Shown here: in pieces, positions 20,602-28,476 of the stretch
Layout of the letters: each line of letters begins with the position of its first letter
How positions within the stretch are numbered: position 1 is the first letter of the stretch
Notes under the pieces: generated by a model
Told to the model about the DNA's origin: nothing
Databases searched by the model: none
What the model saw: the letters and a program-made list of their open reading frames with translations, nothing else
IMG/VR virus record: IMGVR_UViG_3300020437_000005
Location: 18,121 to 82,120 of that record
Reading direction: 5' to 3' (one strand)
DNA from: a virus
Length of the DNA stretch: 64,000 nucleotides
Program-made: the position numbers and the translations under genes

Positions 20602-20861
20602 TGATGAAGTGTAGAACTTGTAAACATTGGACTCCGGGCAAATTTGGATTGGGATCTTGTACTGGAATCTTTCCAAGTTTTACTATGATCAGCAAACCAC
20701 CTAAAACTGATCATAAACGTGGAACAGTGCAGAAACAATCTAAGTTAATTCGTGTGCGTGATGGCATTGGTGGACTTGGTACTTATCAACCATGTCCGTC
20801 ATCTGTTGTCTCCACTTCATCTGACTGGGGTTGCAAAAATTGGACGAGGAAAAAAATATGA
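20601..20861 (+). CDS. Cys-rich hypothetical protein (possible Zn binder)
   Basis: CRTCKHW...GSC...GCKNW; TGATG coupling. Confidence 0.55.
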   Translation: MMKCRTCKHWTPGKFGLGSCTGIFPSFTMISKPPKTDHKRGTVQKQSKLIRVRDGIGGLGTYQPCPSSVVSTSSDWGCKNWTRKKI

Positions 20862-21046
20862 TAGACAGATCTTTTCTTGAAAAAATACCACATGAGTTAA
20901 AAGAGGCTCTTGCGGAAGATTGCGAGGATTATCTTCTACATAGAAATATACCATTGCACTCTCATTCCTATGACAACATCATCATCCAGGCAATCAAAGA
21001 GGGATATCAAGCTAACAAGTTTGATAGACCAATCCGTTTCGATTGA
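20858..21046 (+). CDS. Hypothetical protein
   Basis: GAGG RBS; ATGA overlap. Confidence 0.55.
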   Translation: MIDRSFLEKIPHELKEALAEDCEDYLLHRNIPLHSHSYDNIIIQAIKEGYQANKFDRPIRFD

Positions 21047-21124
21047 ATTTTGGTCACAAGTTGCTAAGGAATCTGAACAACTTGGAATTGATGTAGATTA
21101 TTTCCTTGTGGAGTTTTATACATC

Positions 21125-21304
21125 ATGACTGACCACGATAGATTGGTGAGCGCCATTCTTCGTGTGGATGAAATCGCTTCCCTGCTCCCAGATAATAACT
21201 GTCAACAGTTTTTATACTTTAAGTTATTATCAATCAAAACTGAACTTGAAAGTCAACTCAATCAGTTGACAAGAAAACAAAATCAATCTAAAATCAAGGA
21301 GTAA
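21125..21304 (+). CDS. 59-aa hypothetical protein (MTDHDRLVSAILRVDEI...)
   Basis: Read manually; GGAG upstream; below the ORF-track cutoff. Confidence 0.55.
   Translation: MTDHDRLVSAILRVDEIASLLPDNNCQQFLYFKLLSIKTELESQLNQLTRKQNQSKIKE
21266..21294 (+). promoter_or_regulatory. sigma70-type promoter
   Basis: TTGACA-17 nt-TAAAAT followed by AAGGAG RBS. Confidence 0.75.
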
Positions 21305-21314
21305 TTTACTTAGA

Positions 21315-21557
21315 ATGATGACTCAGAAGTTTTTCTACATCGTGAATCACTTTGTCCCTTTTCCAACATCAGAATACGGTGGTATTTGGAATGTGGTAGC
21401 AGAGAACGATGACGAATGTTTTGACTTAATTGTTGAGCGAGATGAAGGATTTAATGAAGGGCATTACAATCGTCTTCGTGAAAATATCATGAAGGCACCA
21501 ACATATGCACTGTCAGAAAATCTTGATTCTGAAATCGTAGAGGAGTTTACGACATGA
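21315..21557 (+). CDS. Hypothetical protein (VPFPTSEYGG motif)
   Basis: Promoter and RBS upstream. Confidence 0.7.
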   Translation: MMTQKFFYIVNHFVPFPTSEYGGIWNVVAENDDECFDLIVERDEGFNEGHYNRLRENIMKAPTYALSENLDSEIVEEFTT

Positions 21558-21868
21558 TTGGCAAACTTGATCCTGAAGAAAATGTAATGGATTTTGATCT
21601 GATTACTACAAATCGAAGAGCAAAAGCTATTATTAGAAACATAACAGAAAAACTTACAAAGCAAATTGCAGAGTTAAATTGGGAGTGCTATGATGACGTT
21701 GTTGTTGAGGTTGGGGGTCGCTCTGTTAGTGGTATTGATGTGGGCGAAGATTACAATCCCAAGTGGTCATCACCCAAAGGAACCATCAAGAACAATAAAG
21801 ACGCATTTATCGTAATCAAAAATAGAACTAGAACTCCATTTACACCATCAAAACCAAATGAAACCTGA
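21554..21868 (+). CDS. Hypothetical protein
   Basis: GAGGAG RBS; ATGA overlap. Confidence 0.65.
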   Translation: MIGKLDPEENVMDFDLITTNRRAKAIIRNITEKLTKQIAELNWECYDDVVVEVGGRSVSGIDVGEDYNPKWSSPKGTIKNNKDAFIVIKNRTRTPFTPSKPNET

Positions 21869-22091
21869 TGCAACCATCTCTTGGGATCAACATCTCAAAA
21901 GAGGAAACGTGTGGAGATGTGAATTAGAACTTTCCATGCAAGACACACCAGGAGATGAACCGTACATATACACTGTGGAGGTTTATGTAGTGTCACCCAC
22001 ACAAGCACTTGCACAGTATATTGTGACTACAATGTATCCAGAATTTGAATCCTTCTTGATCGATGATGAACCTTGTCGAACTACCCCATGA
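21858..22091 (+). CDS. Hypothetical protein
   Basis: Tiles with neighbours. Confidence 0.6.
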   Translation: MKPDATISWDQHLKRGNVWRCELELSMQDTPGDEPYIYTVEVYVVSPTQALAQYIVTTMYPEFESFLIDDEPCRTTP

Positions 22092-22386
22092 TTTCCCCCA
22101 TCAACCCCCAAAAGGATATAGTTATGAAGCAACCAATTTCAAAACGAATGTGGTTGCTATTTGGTTACGGGATCATCGCAAGTATTCTTACACTTCTGAT
22201 GATGTTAGGACTATTTGGGGATTCGTCAAGACAAAACGAGGAAGGAAGGGAAGCATTACGACGACTTATCATGCCCCCATCAACTCAAATAAAGTAGGAG
22301 ATGTGGTAGACATTAACAATACTCGTAACTACACTGCGATGCAACTCAATCTCAATCCGTTAGAAAGTGTTATCTACAATGTATAA
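22063..22386 (+). CDS. Hypothetical protein (ELPHDFPHQPPKGYSY...YTAMQLNLNPLE)
   Basis: Tiles with neighbours; normal phage amino-acid composition. Confidence 0.65.
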   Translation: MMNLVELPHDFPHQPPKGYSYEATNFKTNVVAIWLRDHRKYSYTSDDVRTIWGFVKTKRGRKGSITTTYHAPINSNKVGDVVDINNTRNYTAMQLNLNPLESVIYNV

Positions 22387-22627
22387 ACCAGCCCTAGATG
22401 ATTACGTCATTTGGAAAGGAAACAATGTTGAAGGTTGGGTTTACTATATTGATAGTGATGATGAATATCTCACTATTGAGATAGCAGTCACAGATAAACT
22501 TCCACATCAACTTGATGCTGGAACATATCATAGAAAAAATCATGTATTAATTGTCTGCCAAGGTTATTATTGGCATGAGTTAGAATTCATCAAATCAAGA
22601 TCACACACCAAATCATTTGAGGACTAA
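22379..22627 (+). CDS. Hypothetical protein (SH3-like pattern P.LDDYV.W...EGWVY)
   Basis: ATG 22379 within ORF 22367..22627. Confidence 0.6.
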   Translation: MYKPALDDYVIWKGNNVEGWVYYIDSDDEYLTIEIAVTDKLPHQLDAGTYHRKNHVLIVCQGYYWHELEFIKSRSHTKSFED

Positions 22628-22629
22628 TT

Positions 22630-22857
22630 ATGTCACATCGTCGAGAGTCAAAACAGCAGCGTCGTGCTAATACTATGGAGAAACGTCGTAAGATGGATCA
22701 AGTAGCATCACAAATGATTCAAGAACGTATCGAACGTCGTCTTGCAATTATTGAGGACATCAAACAAAAGATTGCAATGATTGAAGAACAAGAATCTGCT
22801 CCAACAGTTGATGCTACCGAAGAAGAGGTTCCAGTAAGTGAAGTTGAGGTTGTATAA
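22630..22857 (+). CDS. Hypothetical protein, basic N-half and acidic C-half
   Basis: GAGG RBS. Confidence 0.6.
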   Translation: MSHRRESKQQRRANTMEKRRKMDQVASQMIQERIERRLAIIEDIKQKIAMIEEQESAPTVDATEEEVPVSEVEVV

Positions 22858-22869
22858 TCTGATTGAATA

Positions 22870-22903
22870 AAAGTTACTCACCTCCTGATTGTCTTATTAC
22901 TGT
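22870..22903 (+). repeat. Intergenic 34-bp element, copy 1
   Basis: AAAGTTACTCACCTCCTGATTGTCTTATTACTGT. Confidence 0.92.
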
Positions 22904-22916
22904 AATCACACATCAC

Positions 22917-23054
22917 ATGAATTCTTATCTGACCGAACAACAAGTTGAAGAACTGGTAAACTTTGACCACATTGAAAAAGATCTTGCTGATCTTATCGAA
23001 GATGAGGAAAAGTTTGACATCAAAGACTATCTCAACTCCAACATTGACTACTAA
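22917..23054 (+). CDS. 45-aa acidic mini-protein (MNSYLTEQQVEELV...)
   Basis: First ATG after element copy 1. Confidence 0.6.
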   Translation: MNSYLTEQQVEELVNFDHIEKDLADLIEDEEKFDIKDYLNSNIDY

Positions 23055-23055
23055 A

Positions 23056-23277
23056 ATGAATTTTCCTACCGAAACTGTCAACGTGTTACCACATCTGAAT
23101 GAACTGAAAGAAACTTGGCGTCGTCAAGACTTTCGATTCACAAAAGATCAACAACTTCAATATGATATGCTACTGCAAGCACGTCGTGAACGAGTTAGTT
23201 TCTTTTATGAAGCAGATCGTGTGTTCAAAGGTCCACGTATTGTAAAGGAGAAGGTTGAACAACAAGAAGAGGAGTGA
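23056..23277 (+). CDS. Hypothetical protein (MNFPTETVNVLPHL...)
   Basis: ATG 1 nt after the previous stop. Confidence 0.65.
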   Translation: MNFPTETVNVLPHLNELKETWRRQDFRFTKDQQLQYDMLLQARRERVSFFYEADRVFKGPRIVKEKVEQQEEE

Positions 23278-23283
23278 TATAAT
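23255..23283 (+). promoter_or_regulatory. sigma70-type promoter for the candidate ncRNA
   Basis: TTGAAC-17 nt-TATAAT with TGn extension. Confidence 0.65.
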
Positions 23284-23289
23284 ATAAAC

Positions 23290-23410
23290 ACCGGGGTTTC
23301 CACTACTCTGACCTAGAAGCAGAGACCATGAAGTGGTGTAAAAGAAGAACTTACGTTGATGCAACACCCACTCCAATCTCCTACTATTCTAAATAGTAGG
23401 AGATTTTTTT
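23290..23410 (+). ncRNA. Candidate ~120-nt structured small RNA
   Basis: Lies between a sigma70 promoter and a terminator; several nested pairings; only a 22-codon ORF inside. Confidence 0.45.
23375..23410 (+). terminator. Perfect 14-bp hairpin with T tract, containing a late promoter (CTAAATA 23389-23395)
   Basis: AATCTCCTACTATT-CTA-AATAGTAGGAGATT then TTTTT. Confidence 0.75.
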
Positions 23411-23419
23411 GTAGACAGA

Positions 23420-24067
23420 ATGAAGACGTTCGTGCAGTTTATGACTGAAGTATATGACAAGGATGTCATGGGTTCTTCACAAATTCGTAAAACTGGTGGC
23501 GAAACTATTGGTAAAGATCGTAAACAACCAGCATCAATGACTCGCAGAATGAAGGCAGTTGGCGGTGGTAAGATGGAACCTGTTAAATCACCAGCAAGAC
23601 GTAAAGATGCTGGACAACAGAAACCAAAATCACAAACACAACAACAACCAACAAAAGAAAGAGGCAGTGCCGAAGTTAAACAATCATATGCGGATAAGGT
23701 AAAGGCAGAGAGAAAGAAAGCAGCACAAGCAAGAGCGGCAGCGAGAAAGTCTGGTGGTGAGGTGAAGAAAGACACCACATCATCAAAAGAAAAAGAGTCT
23801 GCAGCAACAAAGTTATTGTCGAAGAAGTCAACCACAGTCAAGAAAGAACCATCGAGAACTAATCGTAAATGGAAACATGAGAGCGGTGGTGGTATGACAA
23901 GGAAGGAAAGAGATTCAGCAAGAAACAAAGAAAAGGGTGCTGCACTGAAAGCAAAGAAGGCAGAATTGATCAAGGGATTTACAGATACTCATGGAAGAGC
24001 ACCGAAGGGAGCAGAGAGAACTAGACTGCTGGGATTAGCACATAAGGCAGCAAAATCTGGATCATAA
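23420..24067 (+). CDS. Highly basic protein with T4 internal-protein-like capsid targeting N-terminus
   Basis: MKTFVQFMTE resembles the T4 IPII/IPIII CTS MKTYQEFIAE; K/R-rich; late promoter upstream. Confidence 0.7.
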   Translation: MKTFVQFMTEVYDKDVMGSSQIRKTGGETIGKDRKQPASMTRRMKAVGGGKMEPVKSPARRKDAGQQKPKSQTQQQPTKERGSAEVKQSYADKVKAERKKAAQARAAARKSGGEVKKDTTSSKEKESAATKLLSKKSTTVKKEPSRTNRKWKHESGGGMTRKERDSARNKEKGAALKAKKAELIKGFTDTHGRAPKGAERTRLLGLAHKAAKSGS

Positions 24068-24100
24068 AAGTTACTCACCTCTTGATCGTCTTAGTTGTAC
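24067..24100 (+). repeat. Intergenic element, copy 2
   Basis: AAAGTTACTCACCTCTTGATCGTCTTAGTTGTAC; overlaps the last base of the upstream stop. Confidence 0.92.
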
Positions 24101-24118
24101 GAACATCCTGAGAGGGTC

Positions 24119-24147
24119 TTGTAAGGCGCTCTAAGGTGTGTTATACT
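24119..24147 (+). promoter_or_regulatory. sigma70-type promoter upstream of the helicase
   Basis: TTGTAA-17 nt-TATACT with TGn extension. Confidence 0.6.
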
Positions 24148-24173
24148 GTCCACAGGTATTCATCCCCTATTTC

Positions 24174-25367
24174 GTGACTGTTACCCTTCGACCGCATCAG
24201 CAACGTGTTCTGGACCGTCTTGCAGCATATGATAAGGGTCAAGTCATTGTCCCCACAGGTGGTGGTAAAACCATCTGCATGATTCAGGATACTATCAATC
24301 AACAGAACAACAGTCAGTCTGGTATTACCACTGTTGTTGTTGCTCCTCGTATTCTTCTTGCTGAACAACTGTGCAGTGAGTTTATGGAACTTGTTGATGG
24401 TTCTTACACTCACATCATGCACGTTCATAGTGGCGAGACACATCACTTCAGTACAACTAATCCAGAAAAGATTGCACTGTTTGCCAACTGTGCTCGTACT
24501 GCTGGTGAGAACCTGATTATCTTCACCACATATAATTCTCTTGATCGTATTCGTCAGGCAGATATTGAAGTCAACGACATATACTTTGACGAGGCACACA
24601 ACAGTGTCAAGCGTAACTTCTTCCCTGCAACTGAACACTTCAGCAATGAATCTGATCGTTGTTACTTCTTCACTGCGACACCAAAGCACAGTCTGACTGT
24701 ATCTAAACCTGGCATGAATGATGGTTCTGTCTATGGTCAGGTGCTGGTCAATGTTCCTGCTCCTGAGTTGGTTGAGGGTGGATACATTCTTCCTCCCAAA
24801 GTTGTAGTCAAGCAGTTGCCTATGATCAAAGGTCGTAAGGTCGTATTTGCTGATGACTGTGACAATCTATTGGAGACGATTGATGACAATAATATCAGCA
24901 AGACTCTGATCTGTGCTCGTACAACTCAACAGATCATCAACCTTATCTCTCAGTCACAGTTCTGTACTGAACTCGCTCAACGCGGTTATTCTTGGATGAC
25001 AATTACATCCAAGACTGGTGCAATCGTTGATGGTGAGAAGGTTGACCGTGAAAAGTTCTTTGATACACTGAACTCTTGGGGTCGTGATCCTGATAAGAAG
25101 TTTGTCTGCATCCATCATAGTATCCTGTCTGAGGGTATCAATGTCAATGGGTTGGAGGCAGTTGTGTTTATGCGCAACATGGACTACATTGGTATTAGTC
25201 AGTCAATCGGTCGTGTGATACGTCTGGGAGGCGATCAGAAGACGTTTGGACTGGTTTGTGTACCAACTTACGATGCTGTTGGTATTTCCACCGCTCGCAA
25301 GGTTCAGGCAGTTGTTGATGTTGTGTTCAATCAAGGTCAACCTGCTATCTCTGAGATTCGCCGCTAA
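24174..25367 (+). CDS. Superfamily 2 DEAH helicase/ATPase (ResIII-like)
   Basis: Q-motif LRPHQ, Walker A PTGGGKT, DEAH, TAT, LSEGINV, QSIGRVIR. Probable GTG start at 24174, downstream of the promoter. Confidence 0.88.
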   Translation: MTVTLRPHQQRVLDRLAAYDKGQVIVPTGGGKTICMIQDTINQQNNSQSGITTVVVAPRILLAEQLCSEFMELVDGSYTHIMHVHSGETHHFSTTNPEKIALFANCARTAGENLIIFTTYNSLDRIRQADIEVNDIYFDEAHNSVKRNFFPATEHFSNESDRCYFFTATPKHSLTVSKPGMNDGSVYGQVLVNVPAPELVEGGYILPPKVVVKQLPMIKGRKVVFADDCDNLLETIDDNNISKTLICARTTQQIINLISQSQFCTELAQRGYSWMTITSKTGAIVDGEKVDREKFFDTLNSWGRDPDKKFVCIHHSILSEGINVNGLEAVVFMRNMDYIGISQSIGRVIRLGGDQKTFGLVCVPTYDAVGISTARKVQAVVDVVFNQGQPAISEIRR

Positions 25368-25369
25368 TT

Positions 25370-25403
25370 AAAGTTACTCACCTCTTGATTGTATCAATAG
25401 TGT
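25370..25403 (+). repeat. Intergenic element, copy 3
   Basis: AAAGTTACTCACCTCTTGATTGTATCAATAGTGT. Confidence 0.92.
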
Positions 25404-25433
25404 GAGGCACACATCTCACAAAGTTTTTTTTTT
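25401..25433 (+). terminator. Possible attenuator: hairpin and T10 immediately before ATG 25439
   Basis: TGTGAG-GCACACAT-CTCACA-AAG-T10. Confidence 0.45.
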
Positions 25434-25438
25434 CCTTT

Positions 25439-26044
25439 ATGTCTAAATCAATCATCACAATGCAAGGTGCGATTGATCGCATGAATAAGATCAAAGCATC
25501 AAGTTCAAAAAAGATTGAAGTGTATGCAAAGCGTTGCTACATTGATTTCATGAATCCTGAGATTATCAGTTGGTGGAACGATGAGAGCAAAGACACAAAT
25601 GTTGGTCGCGCTATCACTCGTCCTTTCTATGATCTGGTTCACTCCTGTTCTATTCCAACTGGACTGATTACAGAGTCTGCATTTAAGTCTGAAAAGAAAA
25701 CCAAAGATCACTGCTTCCGCCCACAATTTGTCTATCGGTTTATGTTAGACAATCACGAACAATTTGAAGACTTTTCTGTCTTTCGTGAGTGGTTTGTTAT
25801 GTGCTGTTCAACTATTCTCGTCACTCCAAACGAAAATGATCGTTTGAGTAGTGAAGGAACCAAGAATCATGGTGGCGAATATGTTATCATGAGTCCTACA
25901 GATAAACAGTATGTTCGTGCAAATCTTGACCTCTTCACTCATAGCAATGAGCGTAGTTGGGCAAAGCGTAGTCTGACTCCAGCATCGAATGTTATCAATG
26001 CTCCCAGCGCACTTCTGGAGTATGAAAAGGTCTTCATCTCTTGA
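25439..26044 (+). CDS. Hypothetical protein, possible HNH/His-Me finger nuclease
   Basis: TKDHCFRP ... ILVTPNENDRL resembles the (D/E)Hxx P...(L/V)TxxEN beta-beta-alpha-metal pattern. Confidence 0.6.
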   Translation: MSKSIITMQGAIDRMNKIKASSSKKIEVYAKRCYIDFMNPEIISWWNDESKDTNVGRAITRPFYDLVHSCSIPTGLITESAFKSEKKTKDHCFRPQFVYRFMLDNHEQFEDFSVFREWFVMCCSTILVTPNENDRLSSEGTKNHGGEYVIMSPTDKQYVRANLDLFTHSNERSWAKRSLTPASNVINAPSALLEYEKVFIS

Positions 26045-26049
26045 CTCTA

Positions 26050-26083
26050 AATGTTACTCACCTCTTAATCGTATTAGTAGTAT
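26050..26083 (+). repeat. Intergenic element, copy 4
   Basis: AATGTTACTCACCTCTTAATCGTATTAGTAGTAT; position 33 is the A of ATG 26082. Confidence 0.9.
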
Positions 26084-26981
26084 GAAGAACACTCATCTAC
26101 AACATCCAGAGGACGCCATTCTCACTGGTGATCTCTCTGTTCTCGATTGGTTCGCTGCACCAGACAGTCACATCAGCACGAAAATGGATGGTGCTCCTGC
26201 TATTGTCTGGGGCACTAATCCTGCAACTGGTAACAAGTTTGTGGGAACAAAATCTGTCTTCAACAAAGTCAAAATCAAAATCAATGAAACGCATACTGAC
26301 ATTGATCGGAATCATTCTGGGTCTGTTGCTGACATACTACACCATTGCCTTGATTACCTTCCTGATGTCGGTGGGATTATTCAAGGTGATTTTATTGGGT
26401 TTGGTGGTAGTGATACTTTTTGCCCCAATACGATTACTTACACGTTCCCTGAGGTAATTCGAGAGAACATCATCATTGCTCCTCACACATATTACACTGC
26501 TGATAAAGATCTGCGTGATGCTGTTGCTCATCCCTTAAAGTTCAGAATCACTGATACGATGTATTGTAAGATCGTGCAACCTGAGGTCAAGTTGCATCCC
26601 TACCGTGAGGATTTGTATGATATGAGTTTGTTTGCCAAGCAAATGTCCACACTATGTGAGTTTGTGGATGACAAGCAAGCAACAAAAATCAAAAAATCCA
26701 TCAACGACTGCATCCGTGATGGTTATGAGGTGGACGAGAATGAAATTGCACAAAAAAACGATTGTGACATCAATCTCATTCGATTGTGGAAGTTGGTTGC
26801 AACTATGAAGGACGATCTCTTCTGGTATATCACCGAAGACGATCTGATTGACTGTAAGATTGGTGATGAAGAGTCTATGCACGAAGGTTATGTTATCAGC
26901 AACCAATATGGTGTGTTCAAAGTTGTTGACCGACCTACATTTTCTCGTGCAAACTTCACCATTCAGAAAAGTTGGTCCTGA
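26082..26981 (+). CDS. DUF6267-like phage protein with KxDG motif (ligase/nucleotidyltransferase-like)
   Basis: MKNTHLQHPED...STKMDGAPAIVWG...QGDF...HEGYV...KVVDR.TFSRANF. Confidence 0.72.
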   Translation: MKNTHLQHPEDAILTGDLSVLDWFAAPDSHISTKMDGAPAIVWGTNPATGNKFVGTKSVFNKVKIKINETHTDIDRNHSGSVADILHHCLDYLPDVGGIIQGDFIGFGGSDTFCPNTITYTFPEVIRENIIIAPHTYYTADKDLRDAVAHPLKFRITDTMYCKIVQPEVKLHPYREDLYDMSLFAKQMSTLCEFVDDKQATKIKKSINDCIRDGYEVDENEIAQKNDCDINLIRLWKLVATMKDDLFWYITEDDLIDCKIGDEESMHEGYVISNQYGVFKVVDRPTFSRANFTIQKSWS

Positions 26982-26982
26982 G

Positions 26983-27016
26983 AAAGTTACTCACCTTTCG
27001 ATTGTACCAGTAGTGT
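26983..27016 (+). repeat. Intergenic element, copy 5
   Basis: AAAGTTACTCACCTTTCGATTGTACCAGTAGTGT. Confidence 0.92.
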
Positions 27017-27033
27017 AAGAACGGAGGAAACTG

Positions 27034-27366
27034 ATGCTATTTGTATCAGGAAAATCACAACACACAAAACTCACATTCAAGGTCTACGATTTCTTCCGTG
27101 AGTTGTATGATGTCAAGTCAGATGTTGAGGTGTTTCACACTGATCTGACTGATGACAATGCCTTCGGTTTTACCGAGGAGAATGGTGATGAACAATTCAT
27201 TCAGATTCACAATGATCTGAGTGAGAAAGATTTTACCATCACATTGCTGCACGAACTTGTGCATGTGATGCAGAACGAAAATGGTATCACTGATGATAAG
27301 ATACGAGAAGAAGAGGCATATATGTTTGAGGACATTCTTTACAATCAGTACCTGCAATCTGTCTGA
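27034..27366 (+). CDS. Small HExxH zinc metallopeptidase-like protein
   Basis: TLLHELVHVMQ ... REEEAY; GGAGG RBS. Confidence 0.75.
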   Translation: MLFVSGKSQHTKLTFKVYDFFRELYDVKSDVEVFHTDLTDDNAFGFTEENGDEQFIQIHNDLSEKDFTITLLHELVHVMQNENGITDDKIREEEAYMFEDILYNQYLQSV

Positions 27367-27370
27367 CCCC

Positions 27371-27404
27371 AAAGTTACTCACCTCTTGATCGTACCAGTA
27401 GTGT
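27371..27404 (+). repeat. Intergenic element, copy 6
   Basis: AAAGTTACTCACCTCTTGATCGTACCAGTAGTGT. Confidence 0.93.
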
Positions 27405-27417
27405 AAGCACTCAACCA

Positions 27418-27756
27418 ATGCAAGTTACTCAAACCAAACCCCAATTCCTGACCGAAGCACTCATCGAAGTGCTCAACAATCAGTGGAAAGTCGATGCGAT
27501 CGAATCCGGTCATTCTGTTTATACTCAACTTGAGTATGAAGTTGGTCGCAAGTACATCAAAGTTTGGTCATATCTTGTTAGTGATGGTGAGAAAATGAGA
27601 GGTCGTTCTTGCTGGATGTTCGTTGACAAGAACACTGGCGAATGTTACAAACCAGCATCATACAAAGCACCTGCTAAGTATGTCCGCTATCTGATCACTC
27701 AGTTAGCAGATAATCCTCACATTTGTGATGCCTATGGTTCGTTCTTGTATCTCTGA
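27418..27756 (+). CDS. Phage hypothetical protein (GRKYIKV...FVDKNTG..YKPASYKAPAK family)
   Basis: Recognisable phage early-protein motif. Confidence 0.75.
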   Translation: MQVTQTKPQFLTEALIEVLNNQWKVDAIESGHSVYTQLEYEVGRKYIKVWSYLVSDGEKMRGRSCWMFVDKNTGECYKPASYKAPAKYVRYLITQLADNPHICDAYGSFLYL

Positions 27757-27758
27757 TT

Positions 27759-28019
27759 ATGTTCTCTGACACCAATCGTCAACTCCGCAAACTTTCTATC
27801 TACAAACCCATGCAATTCCAAGTCACACAAATTGAGTTTGATTTCACTGACGATGTGTTTCCTGATGAAGCACTGCCAGTAGAAGAACAAGAACTTATTG
27901 TTGCAGAAACTTGTAATACTATCTGGGAGGCATGTGATGAGGATGATCTCATCGAGGAGATCACATCTGCATCAGGTTGGTGCATCAAATCCGTTGATTA
28001 TGTTCACGTTCTTAACTGA
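27759..28019 (+). CDS. Acidic hypothetical protein
   Basis: WEA.DEDDLIEEIT...GWCIKS; true start may be the internal ATG (MQFQVT). Confidence 0.6.
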   Translation: MFSDTNRQLRKLSIYKPMQFQVTQIEFDFTDDVFPDEALPVEEQELIVAETCNTIWEACDEDDLIEEITSASGWCIKSVDYVHVLN

Positions 28020-28024
28020 AACTC

Positions 28025-28192
28025 ATGATTACTTCCAAAGCACAAATGCTCCGCATTATGAAACAATGCGATGGAGCAGACACTCTCACTCGTGAACAAA
28101 AGTTTCAAGTTTTCTGCAATGTTTGCGATAACATGCTCAAATCTGGTAAAATGTCCAAAGCAACACACAAACGATTCACGGAGATCTGGTGA
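28025..28192 (+). CDS. 55-aa hypothetical protein (MITSKAQMLRIMKQC...)
   Basis: Read manually; TGATG-coupled to the next gene. Confidence 0.6.
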   Translation: MITSKAQMLRIMKQCDGADTLTREQKFQVFCNVCDNMLKSGKMSKATHKRFTEIW

Positions 28193-28401
28193 TGACTAAA
28201 GACGTTACAAACTCACCAAAAGATTGGGAGGATTTCTGGTACTCACCCGAGAAATATGGTTCTTGGGAGTATTACAACTCCGAGAGTGAGGGACGTGACG
28301 TTCCTGAGATTGATCCTGAAATCTTACGCTATGTCGATTATGTTTTGGGCAATTCTCCTTATCCACCATCATTTAAGAGAAACTCAAAACTCTCAGAATG
28401 A
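28192..28401 (+). CDS. Hypothetical protein
   Basis: ORF track; coupled start. Confidence 0.55.
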   Translation: MTKDVTNSPKDWEDFWYSPEKYGSWEYYNSESEGRDVPEIDPEILRYVDYVLGNSPYPPSFKRNSKLSE

Positions 28402-28410
28402 CAGGTTTTC

Positions 28411-28444
28411 AAAGTTACTCACCTCTTGATTGTCCTATTAGTGT
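28411..28444 (+). repeat. Intergenic element, copy 7
   Basis: AAAGTTACTCACCTCTTGATTGTCCTATTAGTGT. Confidence 0.92.
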
Positions 28445-28476
28445 AAGCACCACACCAAACCAATTCTTTTCTCATC

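Noticed and set aside
22073-22297. Membrane-protein-like ORF
   Set aside because: Fully nested in another frame of 22063..22386, which tiles properly with its neighbours.
27371-27404. T7-type single-subunit RNAP promoter (shared ACTCAC)
   Set aside because: Only a 6-nt match, conservation extends well beyond the T7 geometry, and no such polymerase is visible.
27422-27431. Eleventh element copy (AAGTTACTCA)
   Set aside because: Only 10 nt match, inside codons Q-V-T-Q, with no downstream GAT/GT positions.
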